32,000 bases of DNA. Origin: Candidatus Nitrosopumilus koreensis AR1. GTDB lineage: Archaea; Thermoproteota; Nitrososphaeria; Nitrososphaerales; Nitrosopumilaceae. How positions within the stretch are numbered: the first letter of the stretch is position 1; the number at the start of each line of letters is the position of its first letter. Below are positions 30,856 through 32,000 of the stretch, one piece after another. The DNA is taken from positions 1,380,001-1,412,000 of the forward strand of contig NC_018655.1 in assembly GCF_000299365.1 (NCBI RefSeq). Direction: 5' to 3'. The notes beneath the pieces were generated by a model. The model had not been told where the DNA came from and did not search any database. It was given only the letters and a program-made list of their open reading frames with translations. Made by a program: the position numbers and the translations under genes.

Positions 30856-31656
30856 TTATAATCGTACAGAGATGTTTTTCTCTCTAAGAATTTCTTTGAC
30901 TCTATTTACCGATTGGTCTTCATAGTGAAAAATTGAGGCAGCTAAAGCAGCATCAACATTAGATTTTTCAAATATTTCATACATGTCTTCTGGTTTTCCA
31001 CATCCTCCAGATGCAATAACTGGTACAGAAACAGTATCAACTATTTTTTTTGTAAGCAAAACATCATATCCATCTTTTGTTCCATCTTTATCTATACTAG
31101 TTAGAAGTACTTCTCCAGCACCAAGTTCTGTTGCTTTTTTTGCCCATTGAATGGCATCAAGTCCAGTTTCCCGTTTACCACCATAAATGAAAACCTCAAA
31201 CCAAAACTTTTTTCCATTTTCTTCAAACATTGTTTTAGTAGAATCCTCAGAATAATTTCGTTTTGCATCTATAGCTATCACAACACATTGTTTTCCAAAT
31301 ACAGTCATAAGTTCAGTTAACAGTGTAGGGTTTTTTACAGCACCTGTATTCACTCCAACTTTGTCTGCACCACTAAGCAAAATATTTCTTGCATCATCCA
31401 TACTGTTTACCCCACCACCCACAGTAAATGGAATATCAATGACTTTAGCAACACTAGCTACCAGTTCTTTGATTGTTTTTCTTTTTTCTTGAGATGCAGT
31501 GATATCTAAAAAAACAAGTTCGTCTGCTCCATCTTTACTATATTTGGCAGCAAGCTCAACTGGATCTCCTGCATCCTTTATTGATTCAAAGTTTAATCCT
31601 TTGACTACTCGTCCATTATCTACATCCAGACATGGAATGATTCGTTTAGTCAACAA
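30856..31656 (-). CDS. hisF: Imidazole glycerol phosphate synthase, cyclase subunit
   Basis: KRIIPCLDV...GRVVKG and the rest of the HisF barrel motifs. The track start is ATG 31692, a 47-nt overlap with hisA. I prefer TTG 31656, which gives (M)[11 protein letters not shown], the canonical HisF N-terminus. It also has GAGGAGG 9 nt upstream. Confidence 0.88.
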   Translation of the reverse strand: MLTKRIIPCLDVDNGRVVKGLNFESIKDAGDPVELAAKYSKDGADELVFLDITASQEKRKTIKELVASVAKVIDIPFTVGGGVNSMDDARNILLSGADKVGVNTGAVKNPTLLTELMTVFGKQCVVIAIDAKRNYSEDSTKTMFEENGKKFWFEVFIYGGKRETGLDAIQWAKKATELGAGEVLLTSIDKDGTKDGYDVLLTKKIVDTVSVPVIASGGCGKPEDMYEIFEKSNVDAALAASIFHYEDQSVNRVKEILREKNISVRL

Positions 31657-32000
31657 GTTGTTTTGCCTCCTCAATTGATATCTTGTTTTCATATAGTGCT
31701 TTACCCAAAATTACTGCAAATGCATTTTTTGTTTGTACATTTGATACATCATCAATATTTGATATCCCACCACTTGCAATTACATTTGTATTTTGTATAG
31801 CACATGCTTTTTCTAAAAATTCCAAGTCAGGGCCTTCCATTGTTCCATCCTTGCTTACATTTGTGAGTAAAAATTCGGTAAATCCCATGTTTACAAATTC
31901 ATGTATTGCATCAATCAAAGGTGTTTTTGTACTCTCTTTCCATCCATGTGTAACAATAAATCCATCTACATGATCAACTGAGATTACAATTTTTGAAAAT
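31646..32000 (-). CDS. hisA: ProFAR isomerase (HisA), C-terminal part; N-terminus lies beyond the window
   Basis: The frame stays open to the window edge; by hand it reads [35 protein letters not shown]... before the track [15 protein letters not shown] is typical of the second phosphate-binding site of HisA. Confidence 0.85.
   Translation of the reverse strand, partial: FSKIVISVDHVDGFIVTHGWKESTKTPLIDAIHEFVNMGFTEFLLTNVSKDGTMEGPDLEFLEKACAIQNTNVIASGGISNIDDVSNVQTKNAFAVILGKALYENKISIEEAKQLVD

Overview
AT-rich archaeal chromosomal segment. The gene content looks like a marine ammonia-oxidising thaumarchaeon (Nitrosopumilus-like): a Rieske/cytochrome b/blue-copper complex III operon, a giant acidic surface protein, unfused KEOPS genes, archaeosine TGT and Taw1. 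This placement rests on gene content and composition only; no database search was possible. The window has four parts. (1) 1-3990: two tandem secreted proteins built almost entirely of thrombospondin-type-3-like Ca-binding Cys/Asp repeats. (2) 4.1-14.2 kb: a housekeeping block rich in tRNA-modification and RNA-processing genes (taw1, ITPase, bud32, kae1, ychF, fap7-like, tgtA, ferredoxin, beta-CASP RNase, ogg, tRNA-Arg-UCU). (3) 14.2-27 kb: a minus-strand run of cell-envelope and respiration genes, namely a 1713-aa acidic S-layer-type protein, a 322-aa SlaB-like anchored protein, a giant membrane-anchored subtilase, then Rieske, cytochrome b and plastocyanin-like genes. (4) 27.2-29.7 kb: a ThrC-family PLP enzyme translationally coupled to a MoaD-like ubiquitin-fold domain fused to an E1-like adenylyltransferase. 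That E1 reading frame is broken at an A8 run. A hisA-hisF-hisI fragment follows. No CRISPR array, mobile element or rRNA was seen. The best candidates for something new are the Ubl-E1/ThrC-like sulfur-transfer module with its frameshift, the S-layer plus SlaB-like plus subtilase trio, the recombining TSP3-repeat pair, and a 30-codon ORF with its own promoter and terminator. All functional calls come from motifs read by eye and need HMM or structure checks.
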